A stretch of DNA of 64,000 nucleotides from an uncultured Spirochaetota bacterium (GCA_963734495.1 CAVTHK010000009.1:1-64000); one strand, 5' to 3'. Positions 1-10,840 are shown, counted from the first letter of the stretch. Numbers and translations: made by a program. Notes: generated by a model from the letters alone, not told the origin.

Positions 1-647
1 GTTCATTTCCCTGTGCGCGCTTGCGCGTGCCGCCGTGCGGAGCGGGGCCCGCCGGGACGGCCGCGCCCGCGCGAAGCCACGCAGCGTCGGCCGACACGCG
101 GCCGGTCATCCTGTTCGTGGGCACGAGCCTGACCGCCGGCTACGGACTCGACCCGGACCAGGCTTTCCCGCGCTGGTCCAGAAGAGGATCGACGGGGCTG
201 GCCTGAGCTACCGTGTCGTCAACGCCGGAGTGAGCGGCGAAACTTCCGCGGGCGCGCGGCGCCGCATCGACTGGCTGCTACGCCAGCCGGTCTCCGTGCT
301 CGTGCTCGAGACGGGCGCCAACGACGGCCTGCGCGGCCAGGATCCGCGAGCCACGCGCGACAACATCCAGGCGGTTCTGGACGCGACACGACGACCGGCG
401 CCTGCGCCCAAGCTCGTGCTCGTCGCGATGGAGGCGCTGCCGAACTACGGCGAGCAATACCGCCGGCGAGTTCCGGGCGATCTACCCGGAGGTCGCGAAG
501 AGGAACGGCGCAGTTCTCGTGCCCTTTCTGCTGGCAGGCGTCGCCGGCCAGCCTCTCCTCAACCAGCCCGACGGCATCCACCCGAACGGCGAGGGCGAGA
601 AGCTAGTCGCCGAAAACATCTGGAAGGCCCTGCGGCCGATCCTGTAG
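1..647 (+). CDS. Arylesterase / TesA-like SGNH hydrolase (5' partial, frameshifted)
   Basis: Motifs ILFVGTSLTAGYGL, NAGVSGETSAG, LETGANDG and QPDGIHPN lie in different frames; stop TAG at 645-647. Confidence 0.85.
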
Positions 648-889
648 GGCGACGTGCAGCGGCGCCAGATCGAAATGCCTACTGCTAGGGCCTGGTCAGA
701 TAGTCGTCGACGCCCGCTTCGAGCCCGCGCACGACGTCTTCCGGAGCATCGCGCGCCGTCAGCAGGAGGATCGGCGTGGCGACCGCCTGCAGCCACGGCC
801 GGTGAGCCCCTGTGCCGTCCGATCGGTGTCACCGTCGCGGGGATCCTGTTCGGCGCTCATGGTGTCAAAGCAGGAATGGAGGTTCTAGC

Positions 890-1493
890 ATGCCGAAAGA
901 GCGTCTCCCTCTGCTCGTGTCCGTGCTGTTCGTGCTCGCGGGCGTCGTGTCCGCCTGCCATCACGCCTCGCCGTCTCTCGCCGGCAGGAGCAGCCGACAG
1001 GGCGAGACCAGCTACCGGGTCCTGGCTGAGGCGGAAGGCGCACCGGCGGGAAGCGAGACGGCAGGCGAGACAATCACGGCGATCCACCCCTTCGCCGAGA
1101 ACGAGACGCCGCAGTATCCGCTCGAGGCTCTTCGCGCGGGGTGCGGCAACGGCATTGTCGCCGTAGGCGTGCACGTCGGCATAGATGGCACCGTGGCAGG
1201 CCAGCAGGACGTCCCGGGACGGGTCGTTCCGGACGACGAATGCCACGCGGCGTTCCGCGCCGCGGCGCGGACGGGCGCTCGTCTCCTGGAAATACGTGCC
1301 GGCCAACCGCGTGCGCCGGTCCCAGTCGTCGCCGACCACGCCCGTGCTCAGCTTCGGTCGGGAGATGCAGGTGACGGGGATGAAGGAGACGAGCGGGGAT
1401 GCGCAGACGGAAGCGACGGCCATCGGCCTCGACCTCGACTACGAGTTCCTCTTTCGCGTGGTGGACGGCAAGGGCACCGTGGCGCCGCGCTGA
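890..1493 (+). CDS. Putative lipoprotein with TonB C-terminal-like domain (frameshifted)
   Basis: GGAGG RBS, lipobox-like VSAC, then PQYPLEALRAG..GIVAVGVHVGIDGTV and WKYVPA after a frame change. Confidence 0.55.
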
Positions 1494-1736
1494 GCCCTCG
1501 CCTGGGGGTCATACGGTCCGGGGCGAGCGGTGCGCCACTCCTGCGGACCAGGGAAGGAATTAGCAGTGGGCGAACACGACTGGCCCAGGCTGCGAGACTC
1601 TGGGACTGAGTACCCCGACGCGGCGATATCGAGGGGGACTGGAGAAGTGGGCTGCTGGACCGAACGGGGCGCGGGCCGTCTCTCACACGGCCGGTGGGAC
1701 CTGCGCGGGAGCCGAACGCCACGGACCCCGGTGGGC

Positions 1737-2720
1737 TCACGCAGCCAACGTGTGCTCCTCCGCGAACTCCAGCATCCGCTCGGCCGCCCAGAACCAGCCG
1801 GGAGCCCGCGAGCGAGCCACGAAGCCGAGGTGGCCGCCGGTCGCCGTGATCTCGCGGCGCACGGTCGGGGAGAGCGGCCAGCAGCGGGTCGACTCGACCG
1901 GGATCAGCGGATCGTCCGCGGCGGCCAGGACCAGGGTCGGCCGATCGATCGCGGCGAGCCAGGGCCCGGCGCTCGCCCGCTCGTAGTAGTCGGCTACGTC
2001 GCGATACCCGCCGAAACGCGCCGTGACACGGTCGTCGAATTCGCGGATCGTGCGCGAGCCGCGCTCGAGACCGGCCGGAAACAGATCGGGTCGGCTGCGC
2101 CGGCGCTCCCGGTAGGCGCGTCGCAGCCTGCCCACGAAGTAGCGTTGGTAGAGCCGGTTCTCGGGACGCTCGAGCGCGTCCGCGCAGCGCGAGAGGTCGA
2201 CCGGGGCAGACGCCGCGACGACCGACGTGAGCGGCTTGGGCAAAGCACCCCGGCAGCGACCGCCCATCAGCAGCGCGAGGTTGCCACCGAGCGAGAAGCC
2301 GGCGAGCGCCACGCGCGGCACCCGACGCGCGACCTCGTCCACCACTGCCAGCAGGTCGGTATCGAGGCCGGCGTCGTAGAGGAGAGGGCAGAGCGCCTCG
2401 CCGTCGCCGCAGCCGCGCATGTTCATGCGCAGGACGTGCCAGCCGCGGGCGTAGGCGAGCCGGCCGAGCGAGACGCTGTGCGAGGACGCGTCCGAGCCGC
2501 CGAGGCCGTGGACGATGACGAGCGCCGGGCGATCCTGGTGGCGGCCCGGTTGCCAGCTCGCCCGCAGCAGCAACCGCACGCCCGCGCCGGCGTCGACCGG
2601 CAGGTCGCTGACCGGCAGCGGCCAGCGCAGGGAGTGCCGCAGCAGGTAGCCGATCAGGGTCTGGCGGTGGCCGCCCGCGAGCCAGGCAGGAGGCCGAAAG
2701 CCGTCTGTCGCGCTCGTCAC
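1737..2720 (-). CDS. YheT-like alpha/beta hydrolase
   Basis: GHRQT, HGLGGS, nucleophile GFSLGG, DDP and GGHLGF motifs. Confidence 0.9.
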   Translation of the reverse strand: MTSATDGFRPPAWLAGGHRQTLIGYLLRHSLRWPLPVSDLPVDAGAGVRLLLRASWQPGRHQDRPALVIVHGLGGSDASSHSVSLGRLAYARGWHVLRMNMRGCGDGEALCPLLYDAGLDTDLLAVVDEVARRVPRVALAGFSLGGNLALLMGGRCRGALPKPLTSVVAASAPVDLSRCADALERPENRLYQRYFVGRLRRAYRERRRSRPDLFPAGLERGSRTIREFDDRVTARFGGYRDVADYYERASAGPWLAAIDRPTLVLAAADDPLIPVESTRCWPLSPTVRREITATGGHLGFVARSRAPGWFWAAERMLEFAEEHTLAA

Positions 2721-2804
2721 GCTCGCTCCGGGAAGTGCAGCCCAGGCCGCCCTCGGGCGCCGCTATAATCGCCGAGCGCCAGGGAGGCGGCGGACCGCCG
2801 AGCG

Positions 2805-3461
2805 ATGATACAGGCCTTCCACGTGTACAAGCAGTACGACCGCGAGTCGATGGCCCTCTCCGACGTGACGCTGAACGTCGGCAAGGGCGAGTTCTGCTTC
2901 CTGACCGGGCCGTCGGGCGCCGGCAAGACCACGTTCCTGAAGCTCGTCTTCCGCGAGGAGCTGCCCTCGCAGGGCCAGATCCTGGTCGGCGGGCGCAACG
3001 TGACCGCGATCCCCGACGGCCAGATCCCGGAGCTGCGCCGGTCGATCGGTGTCGTGTTCCAGGACTTCAAGCTGCTCAAGCGCAAGACGATCCTCGAGAA
3101 CGTAGCCTTCGTGCTGCGGATCCTCGGCGCCCCGCCGCGCGAGCAGAAGCGGCGCGCTTTCGCCGCGCTGAAGGCCGTGGGCCTGCACCACAAGATGCAC
3201 GCCTACCCGTTGCAGCTCTCGGGCGGCGAGCAGCAGCGTGTAGCGATCGCGCGCGCGCTCATGAACGAGCCGATGCTGCTGCTGGCCGACGAGCCGACCG
3301 GGAACCTCGACCCCGACATGGCGCAGGAGATCATGCGGCTCTTCCTCGAGGTGAACGCGCGCGGCACGACGGTGCTCGTCGCGACCCACGACCGCGAGAT
3401 GATCCAGCGCATGGCCAAGCGCGTGATCTCGCTCGAGAAGGGGCGCGTCGCCTCGGCCTGA
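2805..3461 (+). CDS. ftsE: Cell division ABC ATPase FtsE
   Basis: GPSGAGKTT, VFQDFKLL, LSGGEQQRVAIARA, ADEPTGNLD; ftsX lies nearby. Confidence 0.95.
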   Translation: MIQAFHVYKQYDRESMALSDVTLNVGKGEFCFLTGPSGAGKTTFLKLVFREELPSQGQILVGGRNVTAIPDGQIPELRRSIGVVFQDFKLLKRKTILENVAFVLRILGAPPREQKRRAFAALKAVGLHHKMHAYPLQLSGGEQQRVAIARALMNEPMLLLADEPTGNLDPDMAQEIMRLFLEVNARGTTVLVATHDREMIQRMAKRVISLEKGRVASA

Positions 3462-3469
3462 AGGGTGCG

Positions 3470-4084
3470 CTAGCGCGTGAGGATCGCGCGGATCCGGGCC
3501 ACGACGGCCTCGAGCGCGACCAGGTTCTCGGCGCCCTCCGGGATGATCAGGTCGGCGTAGCGCTTCGAGGGCTCGACGAACTCGAGGTGCATCGGGCGCA
3601 CGGACTCCAGGTACTGCCGCTGGACCGCCTCGAAGCTGCGCGCGCGCTCGTGCAGGTCGCGCTGCAGCCGGCGCAGGACGCGGACGTCGGAGTCGGTGTC
3701 GATGAAGAGCTTGATGTCCATCAGCCGGCGCAGCGGCTCCTCGGCGAGCACGAGGATGCCCTCGAGGATCACGACCGGCTTGGGCGTGAGAGCGTCGGGC
3801 AGCACGCGCCGCGCGTAGCTCGCGGGGTCGTAGGTGAGGCAGGGCACGGGCCGTCCGGACTTCAGGTCGCGGATGTCCTGGACGAGCAGCGAGGTGTCGA
3901 AGGCGTCGGGGTGGTCGTAGTTGATCGCGGCCCGGGCCGCGGGCGTGAGCGCGCTGCCGTCCTTGTAGTACGCGTCCTGCGCGAGCAGCAGGCATCGCTC
4001 GGGACCCACCAGCTCGACGATCTTCGCGGCGAGCGACGTCTTCCCCGAGCCGGTGCCACCGGCGATACCGACCAGAACGGTCAT
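3470..4084 (-). CDS. udk: Uridine kinase
   Basis: GIAGGTGSGKT, QDAYYKD, NYDHPDAFD, VRPMHLEFVEPSKRYAD. Confidence 0.95.
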   Translation of the reverse strand: MTVLVGIAGGTGSGKTSLAAKIVELVGPERCLLLAQDAYYKDGSALTPAARAAINYDHPDAFDTSLLVQDIRDLKSGRPVPCLTYDPASYARRVLPDALTPKPVVILEGILVLAEEPLRRLMDIKLFIDTDSDVRVLRRLQRDLHERARSFEAVQRQYLESVRPMHLEFVEPSKRYADLIIPEGAENLVALEAVVARIRAILTR

Positions 4085-4089
4085 GCCGC

Positions 4090-4101
4090 GGATTATAATC
4101 C
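4090..4101. promoter_or_regulatory. Palindromic bidirectional -10 element between udk and ftsX
   Basis: GGATTATAATCC is a perfect palindrome giving TATAAT on both strands; 7 nt before the udk ATG and 10 nt before the ftsX ATG. Confidence 0.6.
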
Positions 4102-4109
4102 TGCCCTCG

Positions 4110-5000
4110 ATGGCGTGGCTGCGGGCGATCCGCTACTTCCTGGAAGAGGCTCTGACCAGCCTCTGGCGCAGCCGTCTCGTGAACGCCCTCTCGGTCGGCA
4201 CGATCGCCGTGAGCCTGTTCGTGGTCGGGGCGTTCCTGGCGGTGGCCGGACGCCTGGGCGAGGTGGTCTCGCACTGGACGGAGAAGATCCAGGTGATCGT
4301 GTACATCGAGGATCCCATCGAGCAGCGCGTGCTGGACAGCCTCGAGAATCGGCTGCGCGAGGACCCGGCGGTGGAGTCGCTCGCCATGGTCAGCCGGGAG
4401 CAGGCCCTCGAGCGCTTCCGCGCCCTGTTCCGCGACCTGAGCTCGCTGCCCGAGGACCTCGGCGAGAACCCCTTCCCGGCGTCGCTCGAGGTGAACCTCA
4501 AGGTCGGCCACCAGTCGCCGGCCGAGGTGGAGCGCCTGGCCAGGGACTTCACGAACGTGCCGGGCGTGCGCGAGATCCAGTACGACCTGCTCTGGGTGGA
4601 ACGCCTCGCCACCGGCGTGCGGCTCGTGCGCGGGCTCGGGACCTTTCTCGGGGGGATCCTCGTGCTCGCGGGCATCTTCACGATCTCGAACGTGATCCGC
4701 CTGACGATCTACGCGCGGGAGGACGAGCTGGACATCATGCGCCTCGTCGGCGCGACCCAGGTCTACGTCAAGGGTCCCTTCGTCGCCGAGGGGATGATCC
4801 AGGGCGGCGTGGGCGGCCTGGTGGCGGCGGGCCTGCTCTGGGCCGCGCTCGCCTGGCTGTCGCGCGACCTCGCGTCCACGGACCTGATCGGCGCGGCGGC
4901 CTTCCAGCTGCCGGGCGGCATCGCCGGCAGCCTCGTGCTCGGCGGCATGGCCGTGGGCGTCGTCGGCAGCCTGGTCAGCCTCAGCCGGCTGAAGGTCTGA
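4110..5000 (+). CDS. ftsX: Cell division permease FtsX
   Basis: N-terminal TM, periplasmic ENPFPASLEV, ISNVIRLTIYAREDELDIMRLVGAT..PF motif. Confidence 0.93.
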   Translation: MAWLRAIRYFLEEALTSLWRSRLVNALSVGTIAVSLFVVGAFLAVAGRLGEVVSHWTEKIQVIVYIEDPIEQRVLDSLENRLREDPAVESLAMVSREQALERFRALFRDLSSLPEDLGENPFPASLEVNLKVGHQSPAEVERLARDFTNVPGVREIQYDLLWVERLATGVRLVRGLGTFLGGILVLAGIFTISNVIRLTIYAREDELDIMRLVGATQVYVKGPFVAEGMIQGGVGGLVAAGLLWAALAWLSRDLASTDLIGAAAFQLPGGIAGSLVLGGMAVGVVGSLVSLSRLKV

Positions 5001-5024
5001 GTCCCGGGGGTCGGCGAGCGACCG

Positions 5025-5786
5025 TCAGAACCGGTACGTCTTCCCCTGCGTGAAGAAGCTGAGCCGCCGGCGGTGCAGCGCGCGCACCTGGGCGCGGATG
5101 CGGGCCAGGTGGCGGGGCTTCGCGTGGTAGAGGAAGACCGGCACGTCGCGCTTCAGCTTGCGCAGCTCCGTGTCGAGCGTCTGCGGCGTGAGGTGACCGG
5201 ACACGTTCGCGAGGTCCTGCAGCTCGTTCGGGAACGACGTCTCGGTGACGACGGCCTTCAGGTTCTTCGTCTCGTTCACCAGCTCCCAGAAGCGGTCCGT
5301 CGGGCCGGTGTCGCTCGAGTAGGCGATGCTCCCCGCCTTGTCCTCGACGATGAGCCCCGTCGTCGGCACGATGTGCGACACCGCCACCGTGCGGATCGTG
5401 AGCCCGTTGACGCGGAACGGCTCCTCGATCGGCACCTCGATCAGCTTGAGCACCGGGGTGAGGTCGTTCGGCAGGCAGGTGAAATCGGGCCAGGTGTTGT
5501 TGTTGAAGAGGTGGTTCTTCATCGACGTGATCACTTCGGGGATCGCGTAGATGCTCAGCGTGAAGCCGGGGGCCGAGAAGTTGTTGTCGATCAGGAACGG
5601 CAGCGAGCAGGTGTGGTCGAGGTGCGAGTGCGAAATGACGACGTCCTTCACCTTGACCTGCTCGCGCAGGCTCAGCGCGCCCGAGATCCAGCCGGCGTCG
5701 AGGCACACGCTGTCGTTCACGAGGAACGAGGTCATCCCGTGTCCCTGGACGTTCCCGCCGTAGCACCCGAGCACCCGGAACTTCAT
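5025..5786 (-). CDS. Class II cAMP phosphodiesterase-like MBL-fold hydrolase
   Basis: VLGCYGG, LDAG, SHSHLDH, FNNNTWPDF, SSDTGP, GHLTP. Confidence 0.85.
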   Translation of the reverse strand: MKFRVLGCYGGNVQGHGMTSFLVNDSVCLDAGWISGALSLREQVKVKDVVISHSHLDHTCSLPFLIDNNFSAPGFTLSIYAIPEVITSMKNHLFNNNTWPDFTCLPNDLTPVLKLIEVPIEEPFRVNGLTIRTVAVSHIVPTTGLIVEDKAGSIAYSSDTGPTDRFWELVNETKNLKAVVTETSFPNELQDLANVSGHLTPQTLDTELRKLKRDVPVFLYHAKPRHLARIRAQVRALHRRRLSFFTQGKTYRF

Positions 5787-6007
5787 CTGCACACCCCCGC
5801 AAGTACTTCTCTTCGCGACGGTTGCGGGAAGCCCGCCCGAATCTCGCGACCGTAGCACGTGGCTCAGGCAGTGGTCAAGTGCGCGCTCACCCTGCCCGCC
5901 GGTCACCCGTCTGCCCGTATCCGCGGCCACCCGCTCGCGACATCACCCTCGTGCGCGCGAGCCCATCGGCCGTTCCGCGGACCGCCGCGGCCTATACTCG
6001 GGCCATG

Positions 6008-8062
6008 GTGCGTCGTGACGCGACAGAAGCATCGACTCCGCAAGGGGCAGGTGGGACTGTCGCTCGCTGCGCTTCTCCAGCGGGTGCAAGTCCCGTCCCG
6101 GTAAGCGCCGGAGCGCCGGGTAGCAGGCCCCAGGCGTCGGAGGGAGACCTCCGCGCCCGAGCGGGGCGTCGAAAGCCCGTGAGGCGGCGAGAGCTGCGCA
6201 GCGGGGAGCAAGCACGCGGGCCGCAACATGAAGTGAAGCCTGCAGCCTCGACAGAGGAACAATCCGGGAGCCGAGCCGCTCATGTCACGGCGAAGGCAAG
6301 ACCGGCGGCGCGAGATCCGGAGCGCGCCGCTGGCCCCGGCGGGGTACGGGGCGCAGCACGCGTGCAAGGAGAAGTGCGGAACACGAGAGACCCGTCTGCG
6401 CAGCCGGCGTCACGGCAAGGTGGCTCGTATAAGCCGAAGGCGAAATCGAGCGCTGCGCAGCGGGAGTCCGAGGGGATCGTAGTACCGGCGATGGCCGCGA
6501 CGAACAACGCGGTCGGAGGGAAGGATCCCTGCGGTGGTCGAGCCGACGGAGCAGGTAAGCGCGAGGGAATGGCCGGCAAGACCGGACCTAACGACCCCGG
6601 CGGCCGTAGGCCGCGCGACAAAGTGCGACAACTGCAACGTCGACTGTGGGCCGCGGCCAAGCGGGCTCCGGGGCGACGCTTCCATGCGCTGTACGACCAC
6701 ATCTGGAGGGGTGACGTCCTCCGGGAAGCGTGGAAGCGGGTGAGGCGGAACCGCGGCGCGGCGGGCGTCGACAGCCAGACGATCCGCGACGTCGAGCAGA
6801 GCGGCGTCGAGCGCTTCCTGGAAGAGCTCGGCGACGAGCTGCGCGACAGGCAAGTATCGGCCGAGCTGGTGCGGCGCCGGTACATCCCGAAGGCCGATGG
6901 AAGGAAGCGGCCGCTGGGGATCCCGACGGTGCGAGACCGAGTGGTGCAGATGGCGGCGAAGCTGGTGCTGGAGCCGATCTTCGAGGCGGACTTCTTGCCC
7001 GTCTCGTACGGCTTCCGGCCGAAGCGGAGCGCGACGATGGCGCTGGAGGCGCTGCGGAAGCTCGGCGCCAAGGGTGGGCATCACGTGCTCGACGCCGACA
7101 TCCGCGACTACTTCGGAAGCATCGACCACGAGAAGCTGATGAAGCTCGTCGCGCGGCGCGTCTCGGATCGGCGGGTGCTGAAGCTGCTGCGGCAGTGGCT
7201 CGAGGCAGGAGTGATGGAAGAGGGCACCGTCTCAGCGACGGTGGCCGGCACGCCGCAGGGCGGAGTGATCTCGCCGTTGCTCTCGAACATCTACCTGCAC
7301 GTGCTCGACGTGCTGTGGACGCGCCACAGCGCCCCTCTGGGGACGCTGGTGCGCTACGCGGACGACTTCGTCGTGATGTGCCGCACCGCGAGGGACTGCG
7401 AGCAGGCCGAGGAGCGCATCAGGGGGATCCTGGCGCGTCTCGGGCTCGAGCTGCACCCGGACAAGACGAGGCGAGTCGAGCTCTTCGATGGCAAGGAGGG
7501 CTTCGACTTTCTCGGCTGCCATCTGCACAAGCGCCTGAGCGGCAAGCTGTGGGAGCAGAGGCGGAAGCGCCTCTACTTCCTGCAGCGCTGGCCGTCGCAG
7601 CGCTCGATGCAGCGCATTCGGCAGCGCGTGAAGGAGCTGACTCCGCGGTCGCGATGCCACGCGGACATCCGCGATGTCATCGCCGACCTGAACCCCGTGC
7701 TTCGGGGCTGGGGCAACTACTTCCGCACCGGGAACGCCGCGCACCGCTTCAACCAGCTCGACACGCTACGTCTGGCGGCGGCTCGTCGCCCTGCGCGTCA
7801 AGCGCAAGGAACGGCACCTCCGTCCCGGCGAGGTCGAGCGCTGGACCCGCGAGTCCTTCCAGAACCTCGGCCTCCACCGCCTGCGCGGCACCGTCCGCTA
7901 TCCGGAGCAGCCCTTCTGGCAACAGGAGACCGCGTAATGCTGCGTCCCGAGAGACCACCGGTAAGCCGTGTGCGGGAAATCCGCACGCACGGTTTGAACG
8001 GGGGTCTTGCTTTCCTGCACTCTGTGCCGCAAGCACGGGAAAGGATAGAAGGATCTACCAAT
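6008..8062 (+). mobile_element. Group II intron (ribozyme plus RT ORF)
   Basis: 5' end GTGCG at 6008; EBS1 stem-loop GCCG-ctCATGTCa-CGGCGAAGGC at about 6275-6296; domain V AAGCCGTGTGCGGGAAATCCGCACGCACGGTTT at about 7963-7995; domain VI ending CTACCAAT at 8062. Confidence 0.9.
6569..7937 (+). CDS. ltrA: Group II intron reverse transcriptase/maturase (no endonuclease domain; apparent frameshift at about 7765)
   Basis: RPLGIPTVRDR, SYGFRP, GTPQGGVISPLLSNIYLH, YADD, FDFLG, LNPVLRGWGNYF. Confidence 0.93.
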
Positions 8063-8974
8063 GGGCAGCCTGCCACCGCTGATGCCGCGGCTGCCGGCCG
8101 GGGCGCCACGCGCCGCGCGGATGGATCGTCTGGCCTGGCGCGCGGGCGCGTGCTTCGAATCGCATGGCGTGCGCATCGGCGTCCGATCGAACGACCCCCG
8201 CGTCATCGAGCAGCTCCCGTCGGTCTTGCCACCCGGATCGCGGCACGAGCCGTCGTCGTCGATCGTCGAGGAGATCTTCTCGGTCTGGGTGAGGGCGGGC
8301 GCGGGTCGCTCCGAACGGCGCATCCGCATCTACGCGGGGGACACGCGCCTCGGCCGGGCGCGGGAGCTGTCGCGGGCGTTGCCGGCGCTCGAGTCGGCGC
8401 TCCGACTGAAGGTGGCCGAGGCGTCGCCCGAGCACGTCTTCGTCCACGCGGGGGTCGTGGCCTGGCGCGGTCGCGCGATCCTGGTGCCGGGGCGAAGCCG
8501 CAGCGGCAAGACGACGCTGGTCGCGGAGCTGGTGAAGGCCGGCGCCAGCTATCTCTCGGACGAGTTCGCGCCGCTCGACCACGAGGGGCGCGTCCACCCC
8601 TTCGCGAAGCCGCTCACGATCCGCGCCGGCGGCTGCGACCTCCATGCCCGCCGCTGTCGCGCCGAGGAGCTCGGCGGCTCCGTCGGCCGAGGGGCGTTGC
8701 GCGTCGGCCTCGTCGTCTTCGCCGAGTACCACCCCGGCTGCGTCGTGGCAGCCGACGACGCTCACGCACGGCCAGGGTGTGCTCGAGATGCTCGCGCACA
8801 CCGTGCCGGCCCGGCTCCGGCCGGAGGCCGCGCTCGAGGCGCTCGACCGCGCGCTCGCCGGCGCGACGCTGCTCCGAGGCGCGAGGGGAGAGGCGGACGT
8901 GACGGCGCGACGGCTGCTCGAGACGCTCGAAGGCCGGGCGCCCGGCCCCGATCGCGTGTCAGGAGGCCCCATGA
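8063..8974 (+). CDS. HPr kinase-related P-loop kinase (3' exon; ATG at 6005 is the 5' exon); frameshifted
   Basis: VFVHAGVV, GRSRSGKTT, YLSDE motifs typical of HprK-like / lasso-cluster kinases. Confidence 0.75.
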
Positions 8975-9527
8975 GACCCTTGGCGCGCAGAGACGGGCTC
9001 GTGGTCCGCGACCTCGCCGACGAGACGCTCGTCTACGACCGCGAGCGCCACCAGGCGCACTGCCTGAATCGCACGGCCGGCCATCGTCTTCCGGCACTGC
9101 GACGGAACCCGCAGCCTGGAGGAGATCGCGGCGCTGCTGGATGAGGGCGACGATCCGCTGGCCCGCGCGGCGATCGTCAAGCTCGCCCTCGAGCAGCTCT
9201 CGGCCGCGCGGTTGCTGGTCGAGGACGAGGAGGCCGGTCCGGCCACTGCGCGAAGGCGACGCCGCCGTGGCCTCACGCCGCGAGCTGCTGCGACTCGCGG
9301 CACTCGCCCGTTCCCGTGATCGCCTCGATCGTGGCGCCGACCCCGGCTCAGGCGGCGAGCGCGTGCGTCCCCGCATGGCCGATGCTGCAACGCGAGCAAC
9401 GACTGCCAGCCGTGCGCCCTTATGGGAGCGATGGCAGCTATGTCTGCGATCCTCGACTCCAGACGGTGTCTGTCGAGCTACGGGATGTCCTGAGCTGCGC
9501 CACCGAGAAGTCCTCCTGTGCCGCTGA
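8971..9527 (+). CDS. PqqD/RRE domain protein with SRRxLL motif and Cys-rich C-terminal tail (frameshifted)
   Basis: AGGAGG RBS; LADETLVYDRERHQAHCLNRTA..CDG..LEEIA..ALEQLSAARLL (RRE), then SRRELLRLAAL..PVIASIVAPTPAQAAS and many Cys codons. Confidence 0.75.
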
Positions 9528-10840
9528 GGCTGGGCAGCCCGTGCGGCGCCCTCGGAGGCTCGTGTTCGTCGGCTCGCCGCCGTTCGTCGTCGGAGTCGGG
9601 CAGTCTGCCGTTCGCCCAGCTGCATGGTGGCTCCGTCGCCCTCACCCACAGATACGCTCCGGACGAGCCGCTCGGCGGAAGCGTCGTATCGGCGATGACG
9701 TCGCCCCTGTCGTTCAGGTGCTCGGAGTTGATGACGGTCGTGTTCGGTGGGCTCGTGAGGACCCATGAGGTCCAGCCTCGGAGAGTCCTCCTCCACAGAA
9801 CGACGCGGGTTTCGGTCATGCCCGCTGGACGTCGCGCTTCTGCGCGGTGCCGACGATATCCCCGCGGTTCGTTGATGGCGCGGGCGAGCGCGTCGGTGAA
9901 GCCCTCAGGCAGCGGGCAGGACCTCGGGATCAGCGTACTGGTGCCCGTGACGCCGCCAGAGCAGGGCACGGCTCGACGCGTCGGCGCTGCCGTCTGCGCG
10001 AGCGACCACGTCACCGCGCTCGTTGATCGCCGGCGCCTGGACCGTGAACGCGGTCTCGGATCGGACGGCAGCGGGATCGCTTCGAACTGGCAAGTCTGCG
10101 AGGTCGATCGAACCGGTCGCCAGACGAACGCGGCGGTCACCAGGCTCCCCGTGGCCGAACGCCCGACGCGCCGTCCCGACGACCGAAGCCGACGGCGTTG
10201 ACGTCGTTGGCCGAGCTGGTCAGGAAGCCGTCCGGCACTCCCAGGTCGCAGACCGCCGAAACCGCCGTCCCACGTGGGGCGCCAGAGCACCGCATGACGG
10301 ACGGCGAGCCCGTCCACCAGCTCCTTGGGATTCGAGGCGTCTCCCGCGACGAGCCCGAGGCCGTTGCCGGACCACGCCTGCGCGTCGGTGAAGCCCGGGG
10401 GCGGTTCGAGGTCGATGGCCACCCGCTGGCCGGCTGCCCAGTCCATCCTCCAGGCGACCGCGCGTTGCGCGCCTGCCGGGATTGTACGAGATCCCGACCG
10501 GGATCCACGTGCGTCGCGAAGCCGCGTGCATCGCCGCGCACGAAGCCCTCGAGCGCCGGGAGCTCCTCCGCCTCGTGACGAGAGTCCCGGCACCTTGTGC
10601 CACAGGACGGCCTGCTGCGTCGGCTCCTCGGACGTCCTCACCGCCTGGCCGACGATGTCGCCGCGGTTGTTGATCTGCTTGACCCGGCTCAGCTGATAGC
10701 CGGGGAGGACGCCGATCTCGACTGGATCGGGGTTGGGGTTACAGTCGTGCCCGCAGGCGAGCAGCTCGTGCAGGAATGGCTGCGACACCGACGACGGCGA
10801 GGAACACGACGGTGAACGTACGGACGCTCACCACGCGCAT
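9500..10840 (-). CDS. Secreted HAF-repeat-like beta-propeller protein (frameshifted; 3' end approximate)
   Basis: Signal peptide; repeated INNRGDIVG / AINERGDVV / LNDRGDVI..AVLW motifs. Confidence 0.7.

Noticed and set aside
6569-7937. RT as a retron, DGR or defence RT
   Set aside because: Clear group II intron ends, EBS1, domains V and VI and a maturase X domain; no template/variable repeat pair or msr/msd seen.
5822-8902. 1026-aa ORF read as a giant RT fusion protein
   Set aside because: It runs through intron RNA domains and a frameshift; the real RT is about 6569-7937.
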